DNA of 64,000 nucleotides, taken from positions 1 through 64,000 of the forward strand of contig JAQGDQ010000570.1 of NCBI GenBank assembly GCA_030141605.1. Reading direction: 5' to 3'. This document shows, in pieces, positions 26,131-40,614 of this stretch. Each line of letters begins with the position of its first letter. Within the stretch, counting starts at the first letter, position 1. The stretch is from Tubiluchus corallicola. Taxonomy: Eukaryota > Animalia > Priapulida. A program made the position numbers and the translations under genes. The notes beneath the pieces were generated by a model. It made no database searches, was not told the DNA's origin, and saw nothing but the letters and a program-made list of their open reading frames with translations.

Positions 26131-28244
26131 TATCGGGTAGGTCATACACATTGGGGGCTCAAATTACCCATGAAAGACTGTAGTTTTTCTGTCAAAATAT
26201 TTTCCCATTTGTCATTGGAGTGGTGGGCTGGCTTTGGGTCTAATTTTTGCCCTCGGAAGCACAAAGGAACTCGCCAAGCAAACGCTAATTACATATTGTA
26301 CCGGACGCAACCAAAACACCCGTCTCTGCGAGATGACTTGCCAAGCGGATACAGCGACAGTTAAAACAAAAAAATTGTTTTCAAAATATTTTAGAATTCA
26401 TATAAAAACATCATAAAATTCCGCTAGTTTTATTTACTTTACGAATACTTGCTGTACGTTTATAACACAAAACGAGATACAGTAAATAATGTTTCTATTT
26501 CATTTCATTTTATAGCGAAATCAGAATAATGGCACAAACACAGCTGCACAAAATCATTTACACATGTAAACTACATACATTACGTAAAAGATTTACAACC
26601 ATCACGCTAAACGTAAACAAAAATAAGAAGGAAAAAAATACAAGAAAAGAGAAAACTGGGAAAATTATAATGCTGATAGTAATGAGAAAGCAAAAGATGT
26701 AACAGCTATACTGGCTCAATCGTGTGCCTTTCTATCAAATAAGAATCAATAGGATATTGCTCTCTTTAAGTTTCCTTGCTTTCTTGCTTAAAAGGGGAGA
26801 AAAGGGCATTGTTAAGTGTGCCCCAACAGACTTTCCACGCAATGTTATTTTACTTCCCATTAGGCTTGCCTTTAGAAAGGGCTATTTTACTAAAAAGAAA
26901 ATTCCTAATAATTTAAAATGTTCACGCCAGCTGGTAATACGTCACTGTTTTACGAACCCATTGTGAATCAATGCGTCGCTGTTTCACTGTCCCAGTGTAC
27001 ACCACTGGCTCACAAGAACATGTTATTACTCTTATTGACAAGACAAAATAATTTGAACTTTTGCCTAATTATTTAAGAATGCTCTGATTATTTTTTAACT
27101 TTAATCAAAGTTATCTAAACTTGCTACAATTTCATATTAATTTAACGACTGACCTTTACTGGCTGCGACTAATTGTCAGAGCGGAAGTTAAAATTCACAA
27201 GCTGTGCGCAGAAGCATGTGCGCAGAAGCATGCAGCTGATACAAACGTTCGAAACGAATTTTTACCTTTATGCACGAATAGTGGTTTCTTTTCTTTTAAA
27301 TTTATGCGTATTTCATTTGAATCAGAACTCTGTGTGGGCGAGGAAAAAGAGGGGAGAGTTGGTACCGAATTAAATTTTGCTCACAATTATTAAGCCTGTT
27401 AGCTTTTACAATCAAAGAATCAAACAACACAATCATTAACAAGTCACGAAGAATTATAGTATAATAACTATAGTAGCAGGTACAATCACAGAATCAACTA
27501 ACATAATTATTATCAATACTAAAATACCACTATACTAAAACACAGCGGAACAATTAGCCTGGCTAGGCCACAGCTCTAAATGTTCAAGGTAAACCTGTCT
27601 TACACAGCTTAAATACAGAAAACTAGAACACTATTAATGTAAAAGGTCATTCAGAAGCAAATAAGTACAGTAAGATTAGAGGGGAATTTAAGCTATTTCG
27701 ATGTTATAACAAGCCTAAAAAAGGAGGGAATGAGATGAAAAAAATATGAAAGAGAGATGAGCAAGAAGACAAACAATGTAATATTCACAAGTCAAGTTAA
27801 TCAAACGCGAAGTAATTTTGAGACGAACTTCGCGACACTCTGTCCAACTTGACCAGGCCTTTCATATCGGGACAAGGGATTTAGCACGCGCAGCAATTTC
27901 AACACAAGGAATTGTCAGTCTGTCTGCTCTATCCTAGTTTAACGCCATTAAGACTTCACGAAACCAGTGCAAGCTCATATTATATGTCACATTCAGCCGC
28001 CGTGTGCTTAGCGATTAAACGGTGAAAGCAAGTACCGGATGGTATCGACTCCTTGGTAAGATCCTGAGTGATTTCTAAGATGCTTAAATCCAACTGCTCT
28101 AGGGACTAATTCTAGCAGCTAGATAAGACGGAAAAGCGGTGGATTATTGGTGCAACATCCCTTATATCCACGATAGAAATACGCACGTTACTAAGGGTTC
28201 TTATTTAGCAAACAAGTTAGTTAGTAATTCACTGCAAAGAGCAT

Positions 28245-29648
28245 CTGTGGGGGAGAACAATGTAGGGGCTAACGGTGCGTTGTGGGGGAGAACAATGTAG
28301 GGGCTAACGGTGCGTTCTGAGTAGAGAGTTTTTTGTATTCCTTCACTGCGGCCAGGATTTGCTTTGAGCTTACCACTGAGTATTCTGTGGAGGAGAACAA
28401 TGTAGGGGCTAACGGTGCGTTCTGACTAGAGAGTTTTCTATATTCCTTCACTGCGGTCAGAATTTGCTTTGAGCTTACTACTGAGTATTCTATGGGGAGA
28501 ACAATGTAGGGGCTAACGGTGCGTTCTGACTAGAGAGTTTTCTGTATTCCTTCACTGCGGTCAGGATTTGCTTTGAGCTTACTACTGAGTATTCTATGGG
28601 GAGAACAATGTAGGGGCTAACGGTGCGTTCTGACTAGAGAGTTTTCTATATTCCTTCACTGCGGCCAGGATTTGCTTTGAGCTTACTACTGAGTATTCTG
28701 TGGGGGAGAACAATGTAGGGGCTAACGGTGCGTTCTGACTAGAGAGTTTTCTATATTCCTTCACTGCGGCCAGGATTTGCTTTGAGCTTACTACTGAGTA
28801 TTCTATGGGGAGAACAATGTAGGGGCTAACGGTGCGTTCTGACTAGAGAGTTTTCTATATTCCTTCACTGCGGCCAGGATTTGCTTTGAGCTTACTACTG
28901 AGTATTCTGTGGGGGAGAACAATGTAGGGGCTAACGGTGCGTTCTGAGTAGACAGTTTTCTGTATTCCTTCACTGCGGTCAGGATTTGCTTTGAGCTTAC
29001 TACTGAGTATTCTATGGGGGAGAACAATGTAGGGACTAGCGGTGCATTCTGAGTAGACAGTTTTCTGTATTCCTTCACTGCGGTCAGGATTTGCTTTGAG
29101 CTTACTACTGAGTATTCTGTGGGGGAGAACAATGTAGGGGCTAACGGTGCGTTCTGAGTAGACAGTTTTCTGTATTCCTTCACTGCGGTCAGGATTTGCT
29201 TTGAGCTTACTACTGAGTATTCTATGGGGGAGAACAATGTAGGGACTAGCGGTGCATTCTGAGTAGACAGTTTTCTGTATTCCTTCACTGCGGTCAGGAT
29301 TTGCTTTGAGCTTACCACTGAGTATTCTGTGGAGGAGAACAATGTAGGGACTAATGGTGCGTTCTGACTAGAGAGTTTTCTGTATTCCTTCACTGCGGTC
29401 AGGATTTGCTTTGAGCTTACTACTGAGTATTCTGTGGGGGAGAACAATGTAGGGGCTAACGGTGCGTTCCGAGTAGACAGTTTTCTGTATTCCTTCACTG
29501 CGGTCAGAATTTGCTTTGAGCTTACTACTGAGTATTCTGTGGGGGAGAACAATGTAGGGGCTAACGGTGCGTTCCGAGTAGACAGTTTTCTGTATTCCTT
29601 CACTGCGGTCAGGATTTGCTTTGAGCTTACTACTGAGTTTTCTGTGGG
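28245..29648. repeat. 108-bp tandem satellite, ~13 highly similar copies
   Basis: Unit ctgtgggggagaacaatgtaggggctaacggtgcgttctgagtagacagttttctgtattccttcactgcggtcaggatttgctttgagcttactactgagtatt; some left-hand units are 107 bp. Confidence 0.97.
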
Positions 29649-32359
29649 AACAATGCAGAAGCAATTTAGAGCAATATGTGAAGAATTTTCTTTTTTCAGC
29701 TACACAAGTCCATCAGATAGGTTAGCGTAATGCTAAGTAATACAACTTTGTGTGGAAAGTTTTTGGGACACCCTTCAAAATTCCGTTTTCTTTCCCTTTA
29801 AGCCCCTTATATCTTCTAATTATAACTATATTTAGTAGATATTTATATTATAAACTTAGGCTACAATAGAGTATTTGTACAAAGTGAAAAATAAAAACAG
29901 CAGTTGCTGACATTCAACTGACCTTCAAGAGTAAAGGGAGCGTGTTGTTTGATTTGCTTACAGCAATGACCTCTAAGCAGAAACCTTTAATTTAAACTAA
30001 ACGTGACAGCTAACTGGGCGGTGCACATAAACTGAAATACGAACTGAAAATTTAATGGCGCCTGTAGAGAAGAGTGATTTATACTTGACGATTGATTTAT
30101 GATACTGTAATATTGGTGAAGCTGGTGGCGCTCGTGGCGACACTAATCGCAGCTGGTGGTGGCAGTGGTGGCGGCAAAGCTACCATCATGATAGCAGGGG
30201 ATTCATGGAACAGTGAATGTAGGTATGAATCTGAAATTCACCAGCAATGGCTGAAAATTTTATCAATGTATCAAACAGGCTATTATGACTTATTCCCGAC
30301 TGAGGTTTAAAAATGATAAACTGGTTCTTTGGGTAATGATAAACAAGACCATTTTGGAAATAATTTACTTTAGGTTTTCATGTCCTTGGACTATGTCGTT
30401 ATTAAGCTTACTATTGATGACTATGACGACAGCGACAGGCCGATGTCGATGATGACGGTGACGATGACAGCTGAAAGTATCGCAAGCATGATAAAGTGCG
30501 TCATGATGTTCTGTTTTACTGAATTAAAGGGGTTGTCAGTGAGAATGGAAAGAGTATCACACGTCTGTCTGTGTGTATGTCTCTTCGCATGGCACAATCA
30601 AAACGGATGACATTATAATCACTGAATTTGGCATAGGGTTTCTCTCTACGAGCACGTGAAAGATATTCTAGATTCAAATGGATAAAAGTCATGAAATCAT
30701 TTTATCCGCATTGACAACGTGAAACTGCACCTCCTGAAATGGGATACAAAACACCAGTTTAACGTGTTGACCAAAAGTTTCTTTATTCTGAAATACAATT
30801 ATTAACATTTAGTTTAACTTGCATTGAGTAGAAGAAAATTAGTTGCATGATTAAATGTATGACTATAACTAAGAACTGATATAAAAATTATGTAAACTAT
30901 ATTGAAATTAATTAACAATAACTTACGTTGTTAGAGCCTTTAACAGTTACAAAGACAGGAATGAGAACTCCAAGTAGCCTTAAGAACAACAATGTCACAA
31001 CAATAAATTCGTAAAAAATTCACAGTCATAATGCTCATCACAGTCAGAAAAATAGAGCAATGGCGTAGAGAACCAAAATACGGGTAAAATGTCATACAAC
31101 AACTACATCTATAGCTCTTCCAAAATGCTAATGTATTGAAGGATACTAGGTGCTTCAATTTTAAAAGAGTGACTACTGTGAAAAGTAAAAAGCCTACTAA
31201 ATAAACAAACAGGTGGCAGCACCGTGGCAGTAATTGAAAACTAAATTAGAACCAAAAAAGGGCGTATGCACTCACTACACCTCTAATAAGCGCCCTCTAG
31301 CGGTAACAATCGGCACTGTCAATCAGTTAAAAGGGAAGAAAAAGGAATTTTAAAGAACTTTTCATACAATGTTATTTGATTGAGCATTACACTTACCTGT
31401 TTGAAAGACTTACGTAATTGGAAAAGAAAAATTTTAACAATTTAAAATGGTAACACCACTTAATAAAAATTTCAAGATTTTAAAATTTAATATTTTATTT
31501 CAAACTTTACAAAGTTCATATACACATCACAAATTAATACTAATAATACAATAAATTATGACACACAACAATGACACAAACAACAATTAACGATATAACA
31601 AACTACGCCAATGATTCTTATTTTCGTATTGATTAAGGTACTGTATCGCCATCCCAGTGTGCACCACTGGCTCACCAGAAACACACACAAAGTAATTCAC
31701 GTTTTTGCTTAGTTAGCGAAGACTATGCTACGAATGCTCTGATTATTTTTCCAAACTTTACACAATGTTATCTAAACTTGTTTCAAACGACTTACCGTTA
31801 AAATGGCTGCGCCTAGCAGTCATCGCGGGAGTTTAAATTTACAAGTTTTATACTGCATTTATGTTAACGCAAGCTCTGTATGCAATAAAACAAAAGTGAT
31901 ATAAAACTTCAAAACGACTTATTAATCTTTATTTATGAATTTATTTATTTCCTATCTTTTAAATTACAACCTCCATCGAGTTTATTTTGCTTTTATTGCA
32001 AGTATTGCGCCTGCATATTTCACTGTATGCATTATTAATTAAAATTAATGACATGTTTCAATGAATGGGCAGTCATGAATGCAACGTGTGCATTTTGAGA
32101 TAACCCTTGGGATTCAACTTCAATGTTCAGGCTTCGGGAACGTGTTATTCGAGGATTTAATGGAGGCAGTGTCCTCATTGCGAGGGAAAATTCCCCGCGT
32201 TTCACTCGCAGTAGATCCTGTCCATTTAGTAAATGATGCCTGTGTGAGATCAGATTTTGCATTTGCTCATATAAGCTGCAATGATGTTACGTTTGTGTAT
32301 GTGTTCGTTCAGTGTCTAGAGCAACAGTTTTTTGAAACGTGTTTGTCTCTCTGTGATTC

Positions 32360-33055
<696 letters not shown>

Positions 33056-33823
33056 CAGGATAGCAATATAATTTTAGGCTTCAGGACACCTAATCTACAA
33101 AATTTCTGCTGTTTTCCTATAAGCTTCCTCCCTGTACAATTTCTATGCACTGTATACACTCTATAAAGGACATTGTAATCTATATATACTGTAGTTGTGC
33201 AAACTGAGCAAATACTTACTAAGCAATCGAATCAAGCATTGTGAAACAAATGCGTTTACCTATGCAATCGAAAAAACTAGCTCCATTTACGTACGAAAAC
33301 AAACTTCGCGCAAAGTTTAACGGCAAAGGTGAAACGACGCTAAATTGCCGTGACCGTAGTAGCCAAACAATGAGTCATGCAGAACAACCGTTACAATCGG
33401 CAATGAATTAGCCAAGTCATAAGCTAAAATAGCGCCGCGTAGCATTAAAGTTTATTACGCTTTTACCGATTTTCAGTTGCTGTTTTATGAGTATTTTTCC
33501 TGTAATTAAACTTTCGTCCTAATTAGCATAGCCAACACCCGCATGCCCGTGCACGAATTTAATGAGAAGAAATGTGTTAATTGCGTTGCCTAATTAATGC
33601 TAATAAGATTTTATCGTCCAATATTTTAATGCCACCGATGACAGCAATTTGTATGCGTAAAGAAAATGCGGAATTTGAGGAAAAATTTGATACTTTGAAG
33701 GGGGTGAAGCACTGAATGTCTGCGGTTCCTAAATTACTCTTTCTTTAGCAAAAAAACCGAAAAAGCTTGAATACAAAGAGATACGTATTTATATCCAGAC
33801 CACTGTACTTTCTTATGTTTAAT

Positions 33824-34078
33824 CTTCTTCTTCCAAGCTTTTCCCTATGCGGGGTCGCCGTTGTGAATGAGTCTTCTCCACGCATTCCTGTTGTTGACCA
33901 TCTCTTCATTTATGTTCTTCTCTCTAAGGTCTCCATTAATACATTCAAACCATCCCAGCTTGGGTCGTCCTCTTCTTCTATTTCCCATCACTTCCATTTC
34001 CATGACCTCCCTTCCCACATGATCTTCCCCGACTCTTCTTTTCAGGTGTCCATATCATCGCAATCTTGCCTCTTGTAC
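33824..34078 (-). mobile_element. Second, shorter RTE LINE 3' fragment
   Basis: Colinear with 3805-4062. Confidence 0.88.
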
Positions 34079-34869
34079 GAATGAATTGCCTTTTATGAAT
34101 GAGTCAAAGTACTTACTTATGCTTAATAACTACCAAAAAAGAGAAACGATTAATTGTAATAGTAAGATATATATTTTGCGTATTTTTATATACAAAACAA
34201 CAGTGAAAACAAACAGTATTAAACAGTGCAATCATTTTATATAAACTAATTAAGATAATAATCTATAATTAAGACGTCTACGCGGGGGGGGGGGGGGTGA
34301 GTGTTCTCTACGACACAGTATCTACACATTACCAATGTGTTAGTTTGACTGAAGGCTTTTATAACATTCAATATTCATTATATTTAGCTTAGTAATTCTC
34401 TGTTCTTAGTGTAAATATTCATTTTATTTGTCTTGTAAAAGAATTTTTAAATTGTGATTTTTAACTATGCTTTGTTTATTGTTCTATGGTACTTTTTATG
34501 TACTGAAATAAACGACGTGAAATAGATAACTAATCAATTAATCAACAACAGGGGTTATAAATCAAAATGTATTTATCAACATTAATACAATTTATCAAAC
34601 TGCCGTTGTTGATTAATTGCATTATTAACCCAAAGTGTTTTTATCATTTCATAACAATTTTGACCTGTGTTTCACATAAAATCTAACTGCTATTTCTAGT
34701 TTAATCAAGATTGACCTTATTTTGTTGCCCGCTAATTAAAGTACATGTATTTTCTTTACTCTGGATTACTTAATTATGTTGCAAATGTCATAATTTTAAA
34801 ATTATTAATGTTTCCTAAATTAAACTGATAACATTAATGCCCACCAGTGTCTAAAAATCATTTTATCTA

Positions 34870-35468
34870 TATTCGGTGAAGGATAGCAGACTAGGTGACT
34901 TTATAGTCTTTTCGCTATCCTTTCTCTAGTTCTAGATCTATCTATTCATTTTAACCATTCTTCAAAACTTATTAGTGATTCTTTTATTAATCATGTTTTA
35001 TTGTAGTATTATAGAGAGATAAATAAATTAAAATTGAATTGAATTGTCTTTTTGCTATCTTTTCTCTAGTTCTAGATCTATCTATTCATTCTAACCATTC
35101 TTCAATACTTATTAGTGATTCTTTTATTAATCATGTTTGATTGTAGTATTATAAAGAGATAAATAAATTAAAATTGAATTGAATTGTCTTTCTGCTATTT
35201 CTTGTCTAGTTCTAGATCTATCTATTCATTCTAACCATTCTTCAATACTTATTAGTGATTCTTTTATTAATCATGTTTGATTGTAGTATTATAAAGAAAT
35301 AAATAAATTAAAATTGAATTGAATTGTCTTTCTGCTATCCTTTCTCTAGTTCTAGATCTATCTATTCAATTTAACCATTCTTCAATACTTATTAGTGATT
35401 CTTTTATTAATCATGTTTGATTGTAGTATTATAAAGAAATAAATAAATTAAAATTGAATTGAATTGAA

Positions 35469-35515
<47 letters not shown>
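34870..35515 (+). repeat. 140-bp tandem repeat x4 derived from a LINE-like 3' end, followed by (AAT)n
   Basis: gctat register at 34914, 35054, 35194 and 35334; each unit ends AATAAA…(AATTG)n; ggatagcagacta…tagtc…gctatcc stem-loop at the start. Confidence 0.9.
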
Positions 35516-36444
35516 GATATCTAAAAATAGGTGAGGTTCAAGTTTAAGATTACCTGTTCCATGTTACCTTCACCAGGTAAAAACTACTTATGAATGCGGC
35601 TTCAAAGTGTTTGAAATCGCTACTCTTCTGTACTTGCAAAAGTCGGCGACAGCTTGATAATAGCTGAGCTTAATAATGGCGCGCAATAAACACCCTCGAA
35701 CCAATAGCCAGTAATGGAGTGAAGGTTCCGTGAGGCACAATAGCATCATATGCAAGAGAGTACACGGGGGGCAATAGAGAATTCTTAATGCTTTTACGCT
35801 GATTAACGCCTGACCTAAAAAACCTGAATTGTTGCAGACGGGTCTACAGTGGCTTAACTTTCCACTCTTATGCGTAGTAATGACATACTGTACTAAGGCT
35901 CGCGTAATTTGACTGAGCTTGAGATTTTGAAAAAGAAAAAGAGGAAAAGAGGAAGAAGAGAGCAAAGAGAAAGAAAAAGAAGAAAAAGAAACGATAATAA
36001 TAAAAAGAAGAAAGAAAGAAAGTAGAAGGAAAAAGAATGATTACGTGCTACTCACAGAGGCGCCTATTCTTGAAATCTTAGCACACATGGAGGACAGTTG
36101 CCTAGCCCGTCGCTAGGCAGCATGTCTTCCACTTATAAGTCTAACCGGGTGCCCAGTAGGCATAGCAAGGCAGCCAGACAGCCTGTTCGAGTAGTAAATG
36201 ACTCAAAAAAGAAACCCTGTTGATATAGCAGTTAATAGCATTGTGGATTAATGACTTAGTGGAAGCAAAGATTTTGCATATTGACTACTGTGGTCCATCG
36301 TTGATGGCGGTCGGAAGTAGTCATTGGCATAGCAGTGTCTAGTTCTTAGCTGGATTACTGCTGCGTTACATGTTTTGAGGGCAGATTGCCTTTATTTTAC
36401 ATTTCTGTCTGCCCAGGGGATGCAGTAGGCGTAATGGGCACGTG

Positions 36445-36725
36445 ATGGTGATGATGATGATGATGGTGGTGGCATTCGGAAGTGGTGCTGAAAATCAAGT
36501 GTCAAGTACCTCCTTGTTCACAGCTGTGTTTACTTGTCTTGATGGCAGAATTATGTTATTTTAGAATTCTTCCTGCCTGACCAATGTCAACAACAGACGT
36601 AAAGGTCATATGATGATGATGATGATGATGATGATGATAGTGATGATGGTGATGATGATTATGATGATGATGGTGATGATAGTGATGATGATGATGATGA
36701 TGATGATGACGACGATGACGATGGT
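36445..36725. repeat. (GAT/GGT)n microsatellites
   Basis: Direct inspection. Confidence 0.93.
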
Positions 36726-39269
36726 GGGACAGCCTTACAAGATTTGGTGGTCTTATCTTGACAGGACCTTGGCTTCCACAATGCAGATTCATCAATTTAC
36801 TGATCTGAATGTGACCGTCCCTTCCTAACCTGTCGCAGAGTTAAAAAAGCAGAAACATGGCTTCATCGCTTAGTGGAGCTCTTCCAATTCTTGAGGTTTC
36901 TTCTCTATTTGTTTCTAGTAATGTGGTTTCTTAGCTATACGGAGATCTTACACTGATGGGTTCCCTTCGACATATTTCTAGTATTGTGGATTCATTGCTC
37001 ATTGGACGTCCGGCAATGCTTGTTAGTCCTTTCTATAACAAGGTTATCAATAATGTGGACATCCTCCATCAGATGGTTTCCAGTGATTTTAAGGGTCCCT
37101 CCTCTACGTATTTCCACTTTTCTGCAACGTGGCCTCATCTATGTGTTGAAATCCCTAAGTGTCTGAACGTTGCTTTATGCAAACTCATTCTTCCTCTGAC
37201 GAGAGAACATACACACAGACAAACATAATTAATCACTTTGATGTTATCATAAGAAATTTTTCATGTCGGATGAATTTATATCTGGTGTTACACGCGCGTG
37301 GTGAAAGCCTCTTACACTGAATTACCTTAACATGTGATTAATTTAATGCTTAGTTGGCTGTATGACCAAAATTATAATATTAACGGAAATTCTAGTGAAA
37401 GTTTTAGTAATGAAGACAAAGCAAAAAAGCGAAACAACCGAGTCAAATCGCAATATCGTTGAAAGGTGATAGCTAACAAAGGAGGCAAAAAAATAGTTAA
37501 TTTATTATTAATTAACTAATTATTTTAATAGTTATCTTAATTTCAAGGTCTTTTTGTCATAGAATAAATTGCAGTTATAAGACTTTGAAATGAAAAAAAG
37601 AACTCGACCAAAATAAACGAAATCTGAAGCACAAATTAACATAATCTTCAATAGCAAACATAATTATTTATTATATTTTATATTATTATCACGAAACATA
37701 TTATTTTTTCAAGAAAGCAGCATTTCACAATGACTTACGTGAAAAAATTACAACCACACAAAGGCAATTTTGCGTGCGCGCGGCTATTTCTCTGCCGTTC
37801 GTTACATGCATTTCGCCATTCGCCATTGGCCAGTTAGATGCACACTAGTGCCTGCAACGTGGAAACGTGTTCACATGTGTTCAGTTATGATGTAGTGCAC
37901 ATGTTTGAGAATTCATGCGTGAATTTGAAATTAAACTTAACGTTTACCGAGTTTTGTCCTGTTCAAAATTACATTCAGTTGTGATGTCATCAATAATTGA
38001 GCTCGCCTGCCATTAATTAAGTTTTTAATCCATTATTTAATTATCAGAAACGCTTTGGGATTATTATATGTATAAAATGCACATTTGCTACTGTATTTTA
38101 AATTTCCACTCTAGTCTACTGTCCTTTAAAATGGTGAAGCAGGAGATGAAAAATCATTCTTTCTGATAAATCATCGTAAAAGGGAGCAAAAATTGCGAGC
38201 TGCGCGAATTTAATTCGAGTTTCGTTTATTTGACAGCAGATTTCATCAGACGGTTTCACGACTACAATTTTAGATCCAACTTTGCTATAATATCAGGCTT
38301 ATTTTACCAGCTGAAATGAAAGCTGTGTTGTCGATGAGAGGGAATTTTTGTGAAAACTCGCCGATGATGACGCACCGTCAGTCTGTGCACACACGGAACC
38401 TGTTGAAATATTTTATTAATGAAACCTAATAGCGCGTACATCAAGCAATCAATCATAACTTACTTTCCACTTTTACGCCATCGATGATGTGCAGGGTCAC
38501 GCATGCGCACAGAAGACATCTAAATCAATGGTTAGCCCATGGTATTTGCGAAATGCTTGTACGTCTGCGAGAAATTTCTATTAACAAGTTCCCGCTGAAT
38601 CTGTTTACGGGCGCTTGTGCGGCGGTGACAAGGCGATGCGATTTTCCGAGTTAGCCAGTAATGCAGTGAATCGTTTGCATTAGTATTATAAAATGCAACA
38701 GCATGTGTTGTTTCAAGCTGGGTTGCATGCATATGGGCCTGGTTAGGACAGTGTCATCCGTCCTGCATTTGATGTATTAAATTAATTTTATCGATAATGC
38801 AGTATGCACTGGTTCGTCTGATAAATTGCAGTTGGTATTGATTGTAATATTGATTTCACCTATGACGTGTCTGGTCTGGCACTGCTCAGTGGCCAGAGGT
38901 ATTCGAAACAGGAAATTTGAGGTAAGAGAAGTAACCAAGCAAGTAAATGAGTAGTACGTAAGTAAGTATGTATCAAAAGTATATATCTGGGATTAGGATC
39001 AGTATTATCAGCTGTACTTGGGATTTGATGCTGCGCATCAACTGTTTATCGAATGTTGTGTTCTTCCTGCAAATTGTGCGTAGTATTGATTAGATTATGG
39101 ATTTGTCCTATAACATATTTGATATGGGGTTGCTAAATGTTTAGAAGCATTCAAAATAGAAACGGGAAGGAATAATTTATGTTAAGGCATTAATTTCCTC
39201 ACTTTAATCTGTCATACGCATATATACTTAATGGAGTACCTTCGCTAAATAAACCTGTGATTCATGCAC

Positions 39270-39678
39270 TCATTTATCCACTCGTTCGTTCGTCCGTCCG
39301 TTTGTTCGTTCGTTCGTTCTTGTATTCGTTCACTTATTTGTCTATCTAGCCATCCAACATCATTCATTCATTCATTCATTCATTCATTCATTCATTCATT
39401 CATTCATTCATTCATTCATTCATTCATTCATTCATTCATTCATTCATTCATTCATTCGTTCGTTCATTCGTACATTTATTCATTCATTCGTCCACCCATA
39501 CATCTATATATTTTTTCAATTATTCATTCATCCATTTATCTGTCTGTCCATCCATCGGTCCATCCGTCCATCCACCCATCCATCCATCCATCCATCCATC
39601 CATCCATCCATCCATCCCATCCATCCATCCATCCATCCATCCATCCATCCATCCCATCCATCCATCCATCCATCCATC
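39270..39678. repeat. (TTCA)n / (CCAT)n microsatellite
   Basis: Direct inspection. Confidence 0.97.
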
Positions 39679-40542
39679 TCGTCTTGAAATTTTATTTCAT
39701 TTACATGCTGTTTTATTGCATACAGGGCTCGCGTTAGGCTAGCAGTAAAGCTGTATAAAACTCGAATTTTTAATTTAAACTCCTGCAATGACCATTAAGC
39801 GCAACCATTTCAACGGTAACTCGCTTGAAACGAGTTTAGATAACATTGCGTTGTAAAATTCGCACATTCGTCGTAATCTAAGCAAAAGTTTAAGTTTATT
39901 TTTGCTTGTCGCAATACGATTAATAATGTGTTTTTGGTGAATCAGTGGTGCACACTGGAACGGTGATGCAGCAACGTTTTACCATATAGCGCGAATATAT
40001 ACTAATTCGCGTCACCTTTCAAACAAATAGGCGTAACGCTAAGTAGTAGAAATTTGTATGGAAAGAGGTTTAGGATATACTTTAGAATTCCCCTTTGAGC
40101 ACGGGCCAAATAAATCAAGTCTCACACACACATTCATAAATACCATTGAATACTCTTAGCGAGTGCATTTATCAAATATTGGTATTAATCATTTGTGTGA
40201 AAGCAACCTTAGAAATTAAGCCAATGACAAACTTATCACCCAACGCATGTACGTAGCAGAATTAATGGTAAAGGAAACCTTGAATGTAGATCAGTGATTC
40301 ACACCAGTAAAGTGGTCAGATGCCCGCTGTAAGCGCAAAATCATGAGATCGAATCCCGATTTGATTCGCAACGTTCAACGTGTCATTTGTAAGATTCCCT
40401 CAACAAGCTGTTTGTAAGGGAAGTTTTCCTCCGTGGCTTGTTATGCCAGAGTGGTACCAGAAGAGCCTTTTCTTGAAAACTGCAACCTCGTCCGATTCAG
40501 AAACGTCGTTATTTAAATGAAGAAAGGCTCCAAAAAGTGAAA

Positions 40543-40614
40543 TTCAACCAAGATTCGAACCCAGAACCTTGCAGTTTCAAGTTACACGCTCTAGCGATTT
40601 GAGCTATCAGTCCA
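40543..40614 (-). mobile_element. tRNA-derived SINE head or tRNA pseudogene
   Basis: Minus strand reads gatagctcaaatcgctagagc (A-box-like) … ggttcgaatc (B box); acceptor and anticodon stems pair poorly. An oppositely oriented B-box-like head (gatcgaatcc) lies at ~40347. Confidence 0.55.

Noticed and set aside
28245-29648. Hammerhead-ribozyme (retrozyme-like) satellite
   Set aside because: No CUGANGA core paired with GAAA in a suitable arrangement on either strand by eye; an Infernal/Rfam scan would be definitive.
36090-37210. Possible additional minus-strand retroelement remnants around the (GAT)n tracts
   Set aside because: The composition is suggestive, but I could not recover a convincing protein motif or boundaries.
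40543-40614. Functional tRNA gene
   Set aside because: A and B boxes are present, but the acceptor and anticodon stems do not pair well.
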